This document shows, piece by piece, positions 55,838 to 64,000 of a stretch of DNA of 64,000 bases. Each line of letters begins with the position of its first letter. Within the stretch, counting starts at the first letter, position 1. The stretch covers positions 3,198 to 67,197 of the IMG/VR virus record IMGVR_UViG_3300010354_000076; one strand, given 5' to 3'. Made by a program: the position numbers and the translations under genes. Below the pieces are notes generated by a model. The model saw only the letters and a program-made list of their open reading frames with translations. It was not told the DNA's origin and searched no databases. The stretch comes from a virus.

Positions 55838-58273
55838 TTATCCTGATGCTGGTGTTGAAGTTACGCTGCCATCGGTGCCAACTGCTAGAGTTGATCCGTC
55901 ATCAAACGTTTGTAATGTTGATCCGTCATCAAATACCTGTACTCCCGGAATAGAAAAACTACTGCCCGTTGCAATAACAGGTTTGTTAGGAGCAGGATTA
56001 TTTTGATTGACCATTCTATATAATTGAAGTTGTTGTACAAATTTTCCTCTTGTAAAAGAAGATGTTACTTCTCTTACCTTGTACAAACCACTAAACAAAC
56101 TTAAAGGAATTGTGGTCTGTAAGTCATACATGCCAGTTTTTTGATTAATATCAACTGGGCTTTTAAACATTACCTTAATGTAAACTTCACCTCTCTGCCA
56201 ATCAAGTTTGCTATCTGCGTTTACAAAAGGATTATCAGTTTTAGCGGCAGAATAATTTCCCCAGCCGCTATCTCCTATATAATAAGGATCACCTAGAATG
56301 GTTAAATTTAAACCAATCATATCTGTTCCTGCTGTAATTGCATCATGAAACTGCCTTGCTGCTTGGCTAGCCTTGTCGTCTAGGCCGCCGCCACCTTTAT
56401 GAGCAGTTCCAGTAATCACTCCATCTTTCATAACAATAGTAGGTAGCTCTTTTTTAGTTGGGGCTGCACCTTCAGGAGATGGGGCATGTGGAGCGTCTTT
56501 ATCTGGTGCAGCACCAGCATTATTACTTTGTCTATCAACACCTTCATTATTTGCAGTACCATCGGCATTTAAAGATCTATAAAAGCTATTTCTAAATTCA
56601 ATATCCCAATCTATAATATCTGTATTTTGTCCTGTATAGATATATTCATACTCTTTTACAACATCTTTATCAATCTTTTTTACTCCGTCCGGAGCAGTGT
56701 TCGGCGGTAAAAACTGACTTTGACTAACTAAGTAGGGAATTACTCTGTATACAATTAATCTAGGTTTAATACCTGTTTTCTTTAAATTTTCATCTGAAGG
56801 TATATTATAGGTCTGTGCTTCTATTCTCCACCACTGTATCATACCATTTTTGACCTGCTGAAGTGCAGTCCTACCGTAATCACTCATTAATATAACTTGA
56901 TTAATTGTGTTAATAATGTCGCTACCTTGTTTAAATTGAAAAGCACTTTCCTTAGGATTAATAGACATGTTGCCTCTAACCCATACACCTTTATCTTGAT
57001 CAAATACAAAATTATCTTTAGCAAAGGGAGTAGTTCCTTTGTCAAATAAACTAAATCCTAAACCACTCTTGCCTATATCATTTACTGTTGTTTCGATTTG
57101 AACTTGGGTAGTATTATACTTTCCTTTGTTGCCTTTAAGCCCCAACTTTCCATAAAAGTCGCCACCACTAGAAACTGTATTTGGATTAACAGTTGCTGAA
57201 TTTGCAGGAGGTGGTGACACTGAATCTCCTGATTTAAGATCGTTAGGAAAACTAATTAAAATTTGATCAGGTACATTTACATCTTTACGTCGTTGTGCTT
57301 CTGCTAACCATCTGTTAAGATTATATTGTAAACTGTCTTCGCCGGTTTGTAACATTTCTATTACAGTTTTTCCTACTATGCTAACGTCACTTTTTAATCT
57401 ACTGTAAACGCTGCCATATCCTTGCTCATTCCACGGATATGCTTGAACATCGTACTCGCAACCTTTCCCTGTAACTTTCATACCTACTGTCATTATTTTT
57501 AAAGGTATTCGCACATTAGCATTGTCTATTTGTACATTTTGTTGATTGGATCCTAAATGACCTTTAAATTCTATAGACAATAATATGGGAACTTGAGTGT
57601 AATTAGGGTGACCTGCTTGAGCTGCGGCCGCCTGTAATGTTTCAAAGAATAGTCCCATACTATAAGGTTCAATCACTTTAAATGATATTGCAGTGGTATT
57701 TGTATTTCCAGTAGCTTTTTCAAATCCGTATGCGCCTTTGAGTTCTAAGTTATCCATAAAGAATTCAAACCCGCCCTGTTTGTTGTAATCAGTTTTGTAA
57801 CTTAAAGGAATTCTATCATCTGGATTGCCACTGCCGCTTTTTAAAATTATTGATCCAACTTGCCCTCTTCTGTATGTTTCGTTTGGAAAATTAATACTAT
57901 AATCATCTAAGACACTGAGAGTAAAAATATAATTGAAAGAACTATAATAATGTAATACATTAGGTAGTCTATCACCAGCAGCCAATCCTGAACTCTCTAT
58001 TGTTACATTTTTTGTTGCGTTATCAAATAAATTTCCAAAATTAGTAATACTGCTTTTAGCATTTTCTAATGCACTTTGGATACCAGCAAGTCCAGGGATT
58101 GCCGAAGTAATGCTATTAAGTCCTGGGGGTATTCCGCTTTTAAATTGATTTACTGCTCCTGCCAATGATCCGGCTGCTGCGCTTAATCCTTGAGCAAGGC
58201 CGCTACTAGACAAAGTTTTATTTGCCACGCTAGTTAATGTTGTAGCAGCAGATTTAAAATCAAAAGAAGCCAT
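55838..58273 (-). CDS. Baseplate hub protein (gp27 / late control D-like)
   Basis: Position between the gp53-like and gp5-like genes. LTILGDPY and C-terminal FSGLYKV..V.SSF..GKF.Q.L. Confidence 0.6.
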   Translation of the reverse strand: MASFDFKSAATTLTSVANKTLSSSGLAQGLSAAAGSLAGAVNQFKSGIPPGLNSITSAIPGLAGIQSALENAKSSITNFGNLFDNATKNVTIESSGLAAGDRLPNVLHYYSSFNYIFTLSVLDDYSINFPNETYRRGQVGSIILKSGSGNPDDRIPLSYKTDYNKQGGFEFFMDNLELKGAYGFEKATGNTNTTAISFKVIEPYSMGLFFETLQAAAAQAGHPNYTQVPILLSIEFKGHLGSNQQNVQIDNANVRIPLKIMTVGMKVTGKGCEYDVQAYPWNEQGYGSVYSRLKSDVSIVGKTVIEMLQTGEDSLQYNLNRWLAEAQRRKDVNVPDQILISFPNDLKSGDSVSPPPANSATVNPNTVSSGGDFYGKLGLKGNKGKYNTTQVQIETTVNDIGKSGLGFSLFDKGTTPFAKDNFVFDQDKGVWVRGNMSINPKESAFQFKQGSDIINTINQVILMSDYGRTALQQVKNGMIQWWRIEAQTYNIPSDENLKKTGIKPRLIVYRVIPYLVSQSQFLPPNTAPDGVKKIDKDVVKEYEYIYTGQNTDIIDWDIEFRNSFYRSLNADGTANNEGVDRQSNNAGAAPDKDAPHAPSPEGAAPTKKELPTIVMKDGVITGTAHKGGGGLDDKASQAARQFHDAITAGTDMIGLNLTILGDPYYIGDSGWGNYSAAKTDNPFVNADSKLDWQRGEVYIKVMFKSPVDINQKTGMYDLQTTIPLSLFSGLYKVREVTSSFTRGKFVQQLQLYRMVNQNNPAPNKPVIATGSSFSIPGVQVFDDGSTLQTFDDGSTLAVGTDGSVTSTPASG

Positions 58274-58274
58274 A

Positions 58275-58574
58275 TTAAATTCCTAAAACTTTTAACAGGC
58301 CTGCTTTTTTTGGAATATAAATTTCCACTCCAGGCACAAAATCATAAATGGGATCTTGTAGTTTGTCTAAATTTCTTTGAATAAACACCCACCACAATCT
58401 ATTTGTTCCATATAAATCATATGCTAACAAATCTGGTCTGTGAGTATATTGAGGTTCAATAGTATATACAAAATCATCAGCCTCGGCTGCTACAGGTCTG
58501 ATAGTAAGTATATCTAAATAATTTTGAACAATGTTTGTATTAAACCAAGGACTAGAAGATGAATATGTAGCCAT
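58275..58574 (-). CDS. gp53: Baseplate wedge subunit (T4 gp53-like, LysM)
   Basis: YTI......RPDLLAYDLYG..RLWWVF..RN...DPI.DF..G..IYIP. Confidence 0.8.
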   Translation of the reverse strand: MATYSSSSPWFNTNIVQNYLDILTIRPVAAEADDFVYTIEPQYTHRPDLLAYDLYGTNRLWWVFIQRNLDKLQDPIYDFVPGVEIYIPKKAGLLKVLGI

Positions 58575-59620
58575 TATACATAGCCTCCGTCTTTGACATA
58601 TTTTCCGTTTACAAAATCTTGTAAACTAAACCTACGCATATTTTCTCTGCTGTATATAGGCTGAAGTGTTAATGTCATAGTGCTTTTTACTGGTACCCAA
58701 CTATTACCAGCAGGACCTAATGTAGCTTCTCCAGGTTTGCTAGTAAGTATATTTCCGATACCAGCAATAGCGCCGCCAACAGCTCCAACTTTACCCAATG
58801 TGTTAGCTAATTTATTATTTCCAACTGCGCCAGCTAGACCAGCTAATGCTGTGGCGCCCGAAGCAATACCAGCAATCGATGCTAATGGGCCTCCGCCAGA
58901 TCCGGCACCTGTTTGCCCAGCTGATGCTGAACAGTTAATGTAACTAACATCCTGCGGCAAATCAATTGAAAAACTTTTTAAAACTACTGGTATATTCTTA
59001 AAAACATAATCTCCGTATCCGTTTAATTTTAATATTGGGGGCGGATTACCTTGATTCTGACTAGCACCTGTAAACATTTTTGTACAGCTTCTTAACATAT
59101 GAACAGCAGCTAGCCAATAGGCTCCCTGAGCAGAATCTTCAACATGGAATGGCGCACTAATTTGTATTGTGTCTGCTCGACTGCTATTGTAATAGATGAA
59201 AGCATAGTTCTGATGCGTCAATTGTTGTTCATCATAAATGGCGCTGCTTGATATAGATATAGATGGAGTATAAGGAAATATTAATCCACCAGCTTGTCTT
59301 AGGGGAGACAACACTGGGCTGCTTTTGAATACATCAGGCACATCTAATCTAACTCGCCAATCATTTGAAGCATCACTTCCGCTAAATGATGCGGTGGCAC
59401 TAGCTGTACCAGCAGTTCCTCCTCCAGAGCTTACATTTTTGCTTCGTAATGCGGATATCAGCGCTGCGGGATTAGATAAATTACTAAGTGCGCTGGCAAG
59501 TTTGCCTGCTGTTTGAAAGGCGCTACTTGCTTGACCCAAAGCACCATTTACTGCTCCTAAAGCACTTCCGGCAACTTGAGTAGCTGTATTAACTGCGCTT
59601 TTTACAATATCAATTGGCAT
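58574..59620 (-). CDS. Baseplate tail-tube cap/initiator (gp48/gp54-like)
   Basis: GLIFPYTP.I, PPPILKLNGYG...FKNIPVV..SF...LP.DV.Y, WVP....T.TLQP. Located at the head of the baseplate operon. Confidence 0.6.
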   Translation of the reverse strand: MPIDIVKSAVNTATQVAGSALGAVNGALGQASSAFQTAGKLASALSNLSNPAALISALRSKNVSSGGGTAGTASATASFSGSDASNDWRVRLDVPDVFKSSPVLSPLRQAGGLIFPYTPSISISSSAIYDEQQLTHQNYAFIYYNSSRADTIQISAPFHVEDSAQGAYWLAAVHMLRSCTKMFTGASQNQGNPPPILKLNGYGDYVFKNIPVVLKSFSIDLPQDVSYINCSASAGQTGAGSGGGPLASIAGIASGATALAGLAGAVGNNKLANTLGKVGAVGGAIAGIGNILTSKPGEATLGPAGNSWVPVKSTMTLTLQPIYSRENMRRFSLQDFVNGKYVKDGGYV

Positions 59621-59639
59621 AAAATCTCCTTTGATATTC

Positions 59640-59645
59640 TATTTA
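59640..59645 (-). promoter_or_regulatory. Candidate late promoter (CTAAATA) for the baseplate operon
   Basis: TAAATA lies 20 nt upstream of the ATG at 59620, with an AGGAG SD at 59630-59626. Confidence 0.6.
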
Positions 59646-59646
59646 G

Positions 59647-59675
59647 TTGACAAAATTATGTACATACATTATACT
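59647..59675 (+). promoter_or_regulatory. sigma70 promoter for gp55-47-46
   Basis: TTGACA (59647-59652), 17-bp spacer, TATACT (59670-59675), then AAGGA SD before the ATG at 59694. Confidence 0.8.
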
Positions 59676-59693
59676 ATGTAACCAAGGAATATT

Positions 59694-60515
59694 ATGAAAG
59701 TTAACTACTTAAACAACAAGGATTTACTAGAAGAAATACACAAAAGCAAGAACACATTTTGCTCTTTTGAACAACCATCATATCACCAATATGATATAAT
59801 TCTTCCTAATTTAGAAAAAATAAACATAAGAACGATCGCTGAAGCAAAGCGTAATAGAGCCAAAAGATTAGGGCAAGAAGAATACGAACGTCGAAAATCA
59901 GCTGGTGAAAAAGTAAAACAAGCTGATTGCGAAGTTGATTACAAAAAAATCCTAAAAACTGATTTAGTGTTTCGAATTATGACATTTGATCATATTCCTC
60001 TTAATAACACTAGAAAGAAAAATCCTAAAACTACAGCCGATCATAGAGACAAAGTTAATTTTCCGCCATTCCAACACTGGAAATTTAATGAGCAAGACAT
60101 TATAGAATGTGTAGGCAAAAGTCACTGGAAGGGCAGTTTAACCAAAGGAAAATTTTCAAAGGATCACGGAGAAATTACTCCTAATCTAGCTAGAATGTAT
60201 ATCAAACTATGTGAAAGATATGCAACGCGAGGTAACGTTCGTGGTTATACATACAATGATGAAATGAAAGGACAGGCCATTCTTCAACTTACACAAATTG
60301 GTCTTCAATTCGACGAAAGCAAATCTAATAATCCTTTCGCATATTTTACCGCAGCCGTTACTAACAGTTTTGTCAGAGTTATTAATATTGAAAAACGAAA
60401 TCAAAACATTCGAGACGACTTGTTAGAAATTAACGGTATGAACCCAAGTTACACTAGAACAGGCGAAGGTGATTGGGCTAACTCAGTCAAAAGAAATGAC
60501 AATTCAGATGAATGA
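59694..60515 (+). CDS. gp55: Late-transcription sigma factor (T4 gp55-like)
   Basis: NYLNNKDLL.EI, GYTYNDEM...AI, FDESKS.NPFAYFT....NSF.R.I..EK. T4 55-47-46 synteny. Confidence 0.85.
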   Translation: MKVNYLNNKDLLEEIHKSKNTFCSFEQPSYHQYDIILPNLEKINIRTIAEAKRNRAKRLGQEEYERRKSAGEKVKQADCEVDYKKILKTDLVFRIMTFDHIPLNNTRKKNPKTTADHRDKVNFPPFQHWKFNEQDIIECVGKSHWKGSLTKGKFSKDHGEITPNLARMYIKLCERYATRGNVRGYTYNDEMKGQAILQLTQIGLQFDESKSNNPFAYFTAAVTNSFVRVINIEKRNQNIRDDLLEINGMNPSYTRTGEGDWANSVKRNDNSDE

Positions 60516-60545
60516 TCATACTATACATCAGTAAGGGGACACACA

Positions 60546-61556
60546 TTGAGTTTATTTAAAAAAGCAGCATTTTTTACTGATATACATTTTGGACTAAAGA
60601 GTAACAGTCACGTACACAATCAAGATTGCGAAGATTTTGTAGATTGGTTTATTCTTGAAGCTAAAAAGGCTGGATGTGACACAGGATTTTTTCTCGGAGA
60701 CTGGCATCATAATCGTAATTCATTAAACATTACCACTATGGATTACAGTCTCCGAGCACTGGAAAAGCTCGGTAAAGCCTTTAATCAATTCTTTTTCTTC
60801 CCCGGTAATCACGACCTTTATTACAAAGACAAACGTGACATTCATTCTGTTGAATTTGGCAAGTACGTTCCCGGTATCGAAATCATTCACAAGCCCACTA
60901 CCACAGGCGATGTTACTATGTGTCCTTGGTTAGTAGGTGAGGAATGGAAAAAAATGGAGAAGCTAAAAAGCCAATACGTATTTGGTCATTTTGAACTTCC
61001 TCTGTTCATGATGAATGCTATGGTACAAATGCCAGATCACGGTGAGCTCCAAGCCGATCATATGAAAAATGCCGAACTAGTTTTTAGTGGTCATTTTCAT
61101 AAAAGACAATCAAAGAAAAATATTGTCTATATCGGTAATGCGTTTCCCCATAACTATGCCGACACATGGGATGATGACCGAGGCATGACTATTTTAGAAT
61201 GGGGTAAAAAGCCGCAATTTGTTGTATGGCCAGGACAGCCAACGTTTAGAACTATTAAATTAAGTGAACTTATTGACAAAGCCGACGACATTATTAAACC
61301 TAAACAGCATCTGCGAGTAAGTTTAGATATTGATATTAGCTATGAAGAAGCCAGCTTTATTAAAGAAAAATTTATGTCCGATTATGACATTAGAGAACTC
61401 ACACTAATACCAGAAAAGAAAGAACTTGAAATTAACACTGATATAGATATTCAATCATTTGAAAGTGTTGATCAAATTGTAAGCAATCAACTAATAAACA
61501 TTCAAAGTGATAACTTTGACAGCAAGGTATTATTAAACATTTATAACAGTCTATGA
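60546..61556 (+). CDS. gp47: Recombination endonuclease subunit (T4 gp47 / Mre11-like)
   Basis: TDIHFG, LGDW.H.R, GNHD, GHFE, SGHFH metallophosphoesterase motifs. TTG start. Confidence 0.92.
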   Translation: MSLFKKAAFFTDIHFGLKSNSHVHNQDCEDFVDWFILEAKKAGCDTGFFLGDWHHNRNSLNITTMDYSLRALEKLGKAFNQFFFFPGNHDLYYKDKRDIHSVEFGKYVPGIEIIHKPTTTGDVTMCPWLVGEEWKKMEKLKSQYVFGHFELPLFMMNAMVQMPDHGELQADHMKNAELVFSGHFHKRQSKKNIVYIGNAFPHNYADTWDDDRGMTILEWGKKPQFVVWPGQPTFRTIKLSELIDKADDIIKPKQHLRVSLDIDISYEEASFIKEKFMSDYDIRELTLIPEKKELEINTDIDIQSFESVDQIVSNQLINIQSDNFDSKVLLNIYNSL

Positions 61557-63337
61557 GTATAAAATTAAAAGAATTAACAGTAAAAAACTTTATGAGTGTG
61601 GGTAACCAAACTCAGGCTGTGGATTTTAGCAAAGAAAATTTAACTTTAGTGCTTGGAGAAAATTTAGATATGGGCGGTGACGACGGTGGTAGTCGCAACG
61701 GAACAGGAAAGACTACTATTATCAATGCCCTTAGTTTTTCATTGTTTGGTAACGCACTGACTAATATTAAAAAAGACAATCTTATTAATAAGATTAACAA
61801 TAAAAATATGTTAGTCACACTCAGCTTTGAAAAAAATGGTAACAAATATCGAATTGAGCGGGGTCGAAAACCCAGTGTAATGAAGTTTTATATAAATGAC
61901 ACTGAGCAAGCCGCGGGCGAAACTGACGATGCTCAAGGTGATATGCGAGAAACTCAAAAGGATATCGACGAGTTGCTAGGAATGAGTCACGATATGTTCA
62001 AACATATTGTTGCGTTAAACACTTATACAGAACCATTCCTAAGTCTTAAAGCTAATGAACAACGAGAAATTATTGAACAATTATTAGGCATTACACTCCT
62101 TAGTGAAAAAGCCGAATCTTTGAAAGAACAAATTCGAATTACAAAAGAATCGATTGTTCAAGAAAATGCCAATATCGAAGCAACTAAAAAATCCAATGAT
62201 AAAATACAACAAAGTATTGACGGATTGCTGACTAGACAAAAAGCATGGCTAAAGCAACAACGAGAAGATTGCGAAAAAATTGCCGACAGTATTATTGAAC
62301 TACAGGCAGTTGATATTGAAAAAGAAATTCAACAACATGCTAAGTTAAAAATTTACGACGAATTGTCTGCTAAAATTAAAAGCCTTAATAAAGAAAAGGC
62401 CACATTAGAAACTGCTGTTATACAAGCTGACAAACAAGTAAGCAAATATAAGCACGAAGTTGAACAACTAAAAAACAATGAGTGCCCGATGTGTAAACAA
62501 GGCTTACACACAATTAGTCATAAAGAATTAATTACTCAAGCCGAAAAGAATTTAGACGATGCATTTGTATATCTACAAAGTATATCTGACAGCTATGCTA
62601 CTGTTATTCAAGAGTTAGAAGAAATTGGTGATATTAACGGTAGGCCGCAAACATATTATGATACAGTAGAAGAAGCGTTAAAACATCAAAACAATTTGAC
62701 CAGTTTAGAAAATGCCTTGTCTATAAGACAAAATGAAATTGATCCTTATCAAGAACAAATTGACGACTTAAGAAATACTGCCATTCAAGAAATTTCTTGG
62801 GATAACATCAACACATTAACAACCTTAAAAGATCATCAAGAATTTTTACTGAAATTATTAACTAGTAAAGATAGTTTTATACGTAAAAAAATTATTGATC
62901 AGAATTTAGCGTATTTGAATAATCGACTCACTTATTATCTAGATAAAATGGGTCTACCACATTCTGTGCTATTTCAAAATGATCTAAGTGTAGAAATTAC
63001 TCAATTAGGTCAAGACTTAGACTTTGACAATTTATCTAGAGGGGAGCGTAACAGATTAATCTTAGGATTATCATGGAGCTTCAAAGATGTATGGGAAAGT
63101 TTATATCAAAATATCAACTTATTGTTTATTGACGAGTTGGTAGATAATGGACTAGATGCGGCTGGCGTAGAAAATGCGCTGGGTGTACTAAAGAAAATGA
63201 GTAGAGAACGACAAAAAAATATTTTCTTAATTAGTCATAAAGATGAACTCATCGGTCGTGTCAATAATGTTCTTAAGGTTATTAAAGAAAATGGATTTAC
63301 CAGCTACGCTAATGATTTAGAAATTATAGATGAGTGA
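61553..63337 (+). CDS. gp46: Recombination ATPase subunit (T4 gp46 / Rad50-like)
   Basis: KNFMSVGN, NGTGKT Walker A, coiled coils, CPMC zinc hook, LSRGE signature, LLFIDE Walker B, ISH. Confidence 0.95.
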   Translation: MSIKLKELTVKNFMSVGNQTQAVDFSKENLTLVLGENLDMGGDDGGSRNGTGKTTIINALSFSLFGNALTNIKKDNLINKINNKNMLVTLSFEKNGNKYRIERGRKPSVMKFYINDTEQAAGETDDAQGDMRETQKDIDELLGMSHDMFKHIVALNTYTEPFLSLKANEQREIIEQLLGITLLSEKAESLKEQIRITKESIVQENANIEATKKSNDKIQQSIDGLLTRQKAWLKQQREDCEKIADSIIELQAVDIEKEIQQHAKLKIYDELSAKIKSLNKEKATLETAVIQADKQVSKYKHEVEQLKNNECPMCKQGLHTISHKELITQAEKNLDDAFVYLQSISDSYATVIQELEEIGDINGRPQTYYDTVEEALKHQNNLTSLENALSIRQNEIDPYQEQIDDLRNTAIQEISWDNINTLTTLKDHQEFLLKLLTSKDSFIRKKIIDQNLAYLNNRLTYYLDKMGLPHSVLFQNDLSVEITQLGQDLDFDNLSRGERNRLILGLSWSFKDVWESLYQNINLLFIDELVDNGLDAAGVENALGVLKKMSRERQKNIFLISHKDELIGRVNNVLKVIKENGFTSYANDLEIIDE

Positions 63338-63578
63338 AGATATCCATAACTTATTGTTAAAAACAGTTCATGCCTATTTTAAAAAAAATCAAGAATGGGA
63401 AAATAGACAAACGCATGTAGCTGGTATAGAGACACGACGATTACTAAGTGAAATTAGAAGGCTAGCATCAATTAGACGCGACGAAATACAGGCAGTTAGA
63501 TCAGTAAAACCAAAAGTCAAATCACCGAAATACAAGGAATCAATTTTAAAGGCACAAAAAAATAACAACGCTACATAA
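63330..63578 (+). CDS. Small basic hypothetical protein (possibly Hc1-like DNA-binding)
   Basis: 82 aa, overlaps the gp46 stop. AGIETRRLLSEIRRLA..RR.EI loosely resembles the histone-H1-like Hc1 family. Confidence 0.5.
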   Translation: MSEDIHNLLLKTVHAYFKKNQEWENRQTHVAGIETRRLLSEIRRLASIRRDEIQAVRSVKPKVKSPKYKESILKAQKNNNAT

Positions 63579-63581
63579 TTG

Positions 63582-64000
63582 ATGAAGTGGTGTTATCAAA
63601 ATCAAACAATAGAAGAAATACCCGAAGGCTACATTGGCTTTGTTTATTTGATTACTAATATCTCAACCGGGCAAAAATATATAGGCAAAAAACTAGCACA
63701 GTTTAAAAAGACCAAACCACCACTTAAAGGCAAAAAACTTAAAAGAAGATCCGTAGTTGAAAGCGATTGGCGCGACTATTGGGGGTCATCAGATAAGTTA
63801 AACGCAGATGTTCAAACATTAGGTCCGGAAAAATTCACAAGAGAAATACTTTATCTTTGCAAATCCAAGGCAGAAATGTCATACCTAGAGGCTAGAGAAC
63901 AATTTGAACGCCGAGTACTCGAAACAGATGAATACTATAACGGTATTATCAACGTTCGAGTCGGCGGATCAAACATCTTAAGGCAACGCCTACAAGAACA
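63582..64000 (+). CDS. GIY-YIG (Seg-like) domain protein (runs off the window)
   Basis: Not in the ORF track. Manual translation MKWCYQNQ...YIGFVYLITN..TGQKYIGKK...ESDWRDYWGSS...FTREIL...LEAREQ...YYNGII. Confidence 0.8.
   Translation, partial: MKWCYQNQTIEEIPEGYIGFVYLITNISTGQKYIGKKLAQFKKTKPPLKGKKLKRRSVVESDWRDYWGSSDKLNADVQTLGPEKFTREILYLCKSKAEMSYLEAREQFERRVLETDEYYNGIINVRVGGSNILRQRLQE

Noticed and set aside
55890-55933. 27-bp-period duplication (FDDGSTL twice) at the hub protein C-terminus; also 12-bp GNVT repeats near 29700-29860
   Set aside because: These are short coding repeats of structural proteins with no sign of a separate function.
11338-61845. Antisense and alternative-frame ORFs of 60-118 aa in the track
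   Set aside because: They are fully nested in long genes with recognisable motifs and are typical shadow ORFs.
1-64000. Stop-codon reassignment as seen in some jumbo phages
   Set aside because: Coding density is near complete under the standard code, and TAA, TAG and TGA all end genes at sensible boundaries.
1-64000. tRNA, rRNA, introns, inteins or transposases
   Set aside because: Intergenic gaps are all under about 80 bp and no such signatures were recognised by eye.

Overview
AT-rich segment of a large T4-related (jumbo-type) myovirus genome, read with the standard genetic code. Positions 1-59620 form one densely packed, translationally coupled block on the minus strand. It starts with a baseplate/tail module (gp48-, gp53-, hub-, gp5-, gp25- and gp6-like genes, a 4781-aa multidomain virion protein and three tail fibres). 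A ~26-kb sugar-modification cluster follows directly. The cluster contains five GT-A glycosyltransferase-like genes, three GT10-like paralogs, two SGNH-like proteins, UDP-glucose dehydrogenase, six radical SAM enzymes (four with N-terminal twitch domains, one B12-dependent), a minimal DegT aminotransferase, a StrB-like amidinotransferase and a 2OG-Fe(II)/cupin oxygenase. From 59694 the plus strand carries gp55 (late sigma), gp47, gp46 and a GIY-YIG gene. The best candidate for an undescribed system is this phage-encoded, aminoglycoside-like glycan synthesis and tailoring pathway beside the tail fibres, probably for virion glycosylation. It includes an 1848-aa glycosyltransferase built from 16 degenerate copies of its own catalytic half-domain. 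Regulatory features include a perfect sigma70 promoter embedded in an RBS-sequestering hairpin, TAAATA late-promoter motifs and an A10 slippage site that could fuse two genes. All product calls come from motif recognition by eye; no database searches were run.
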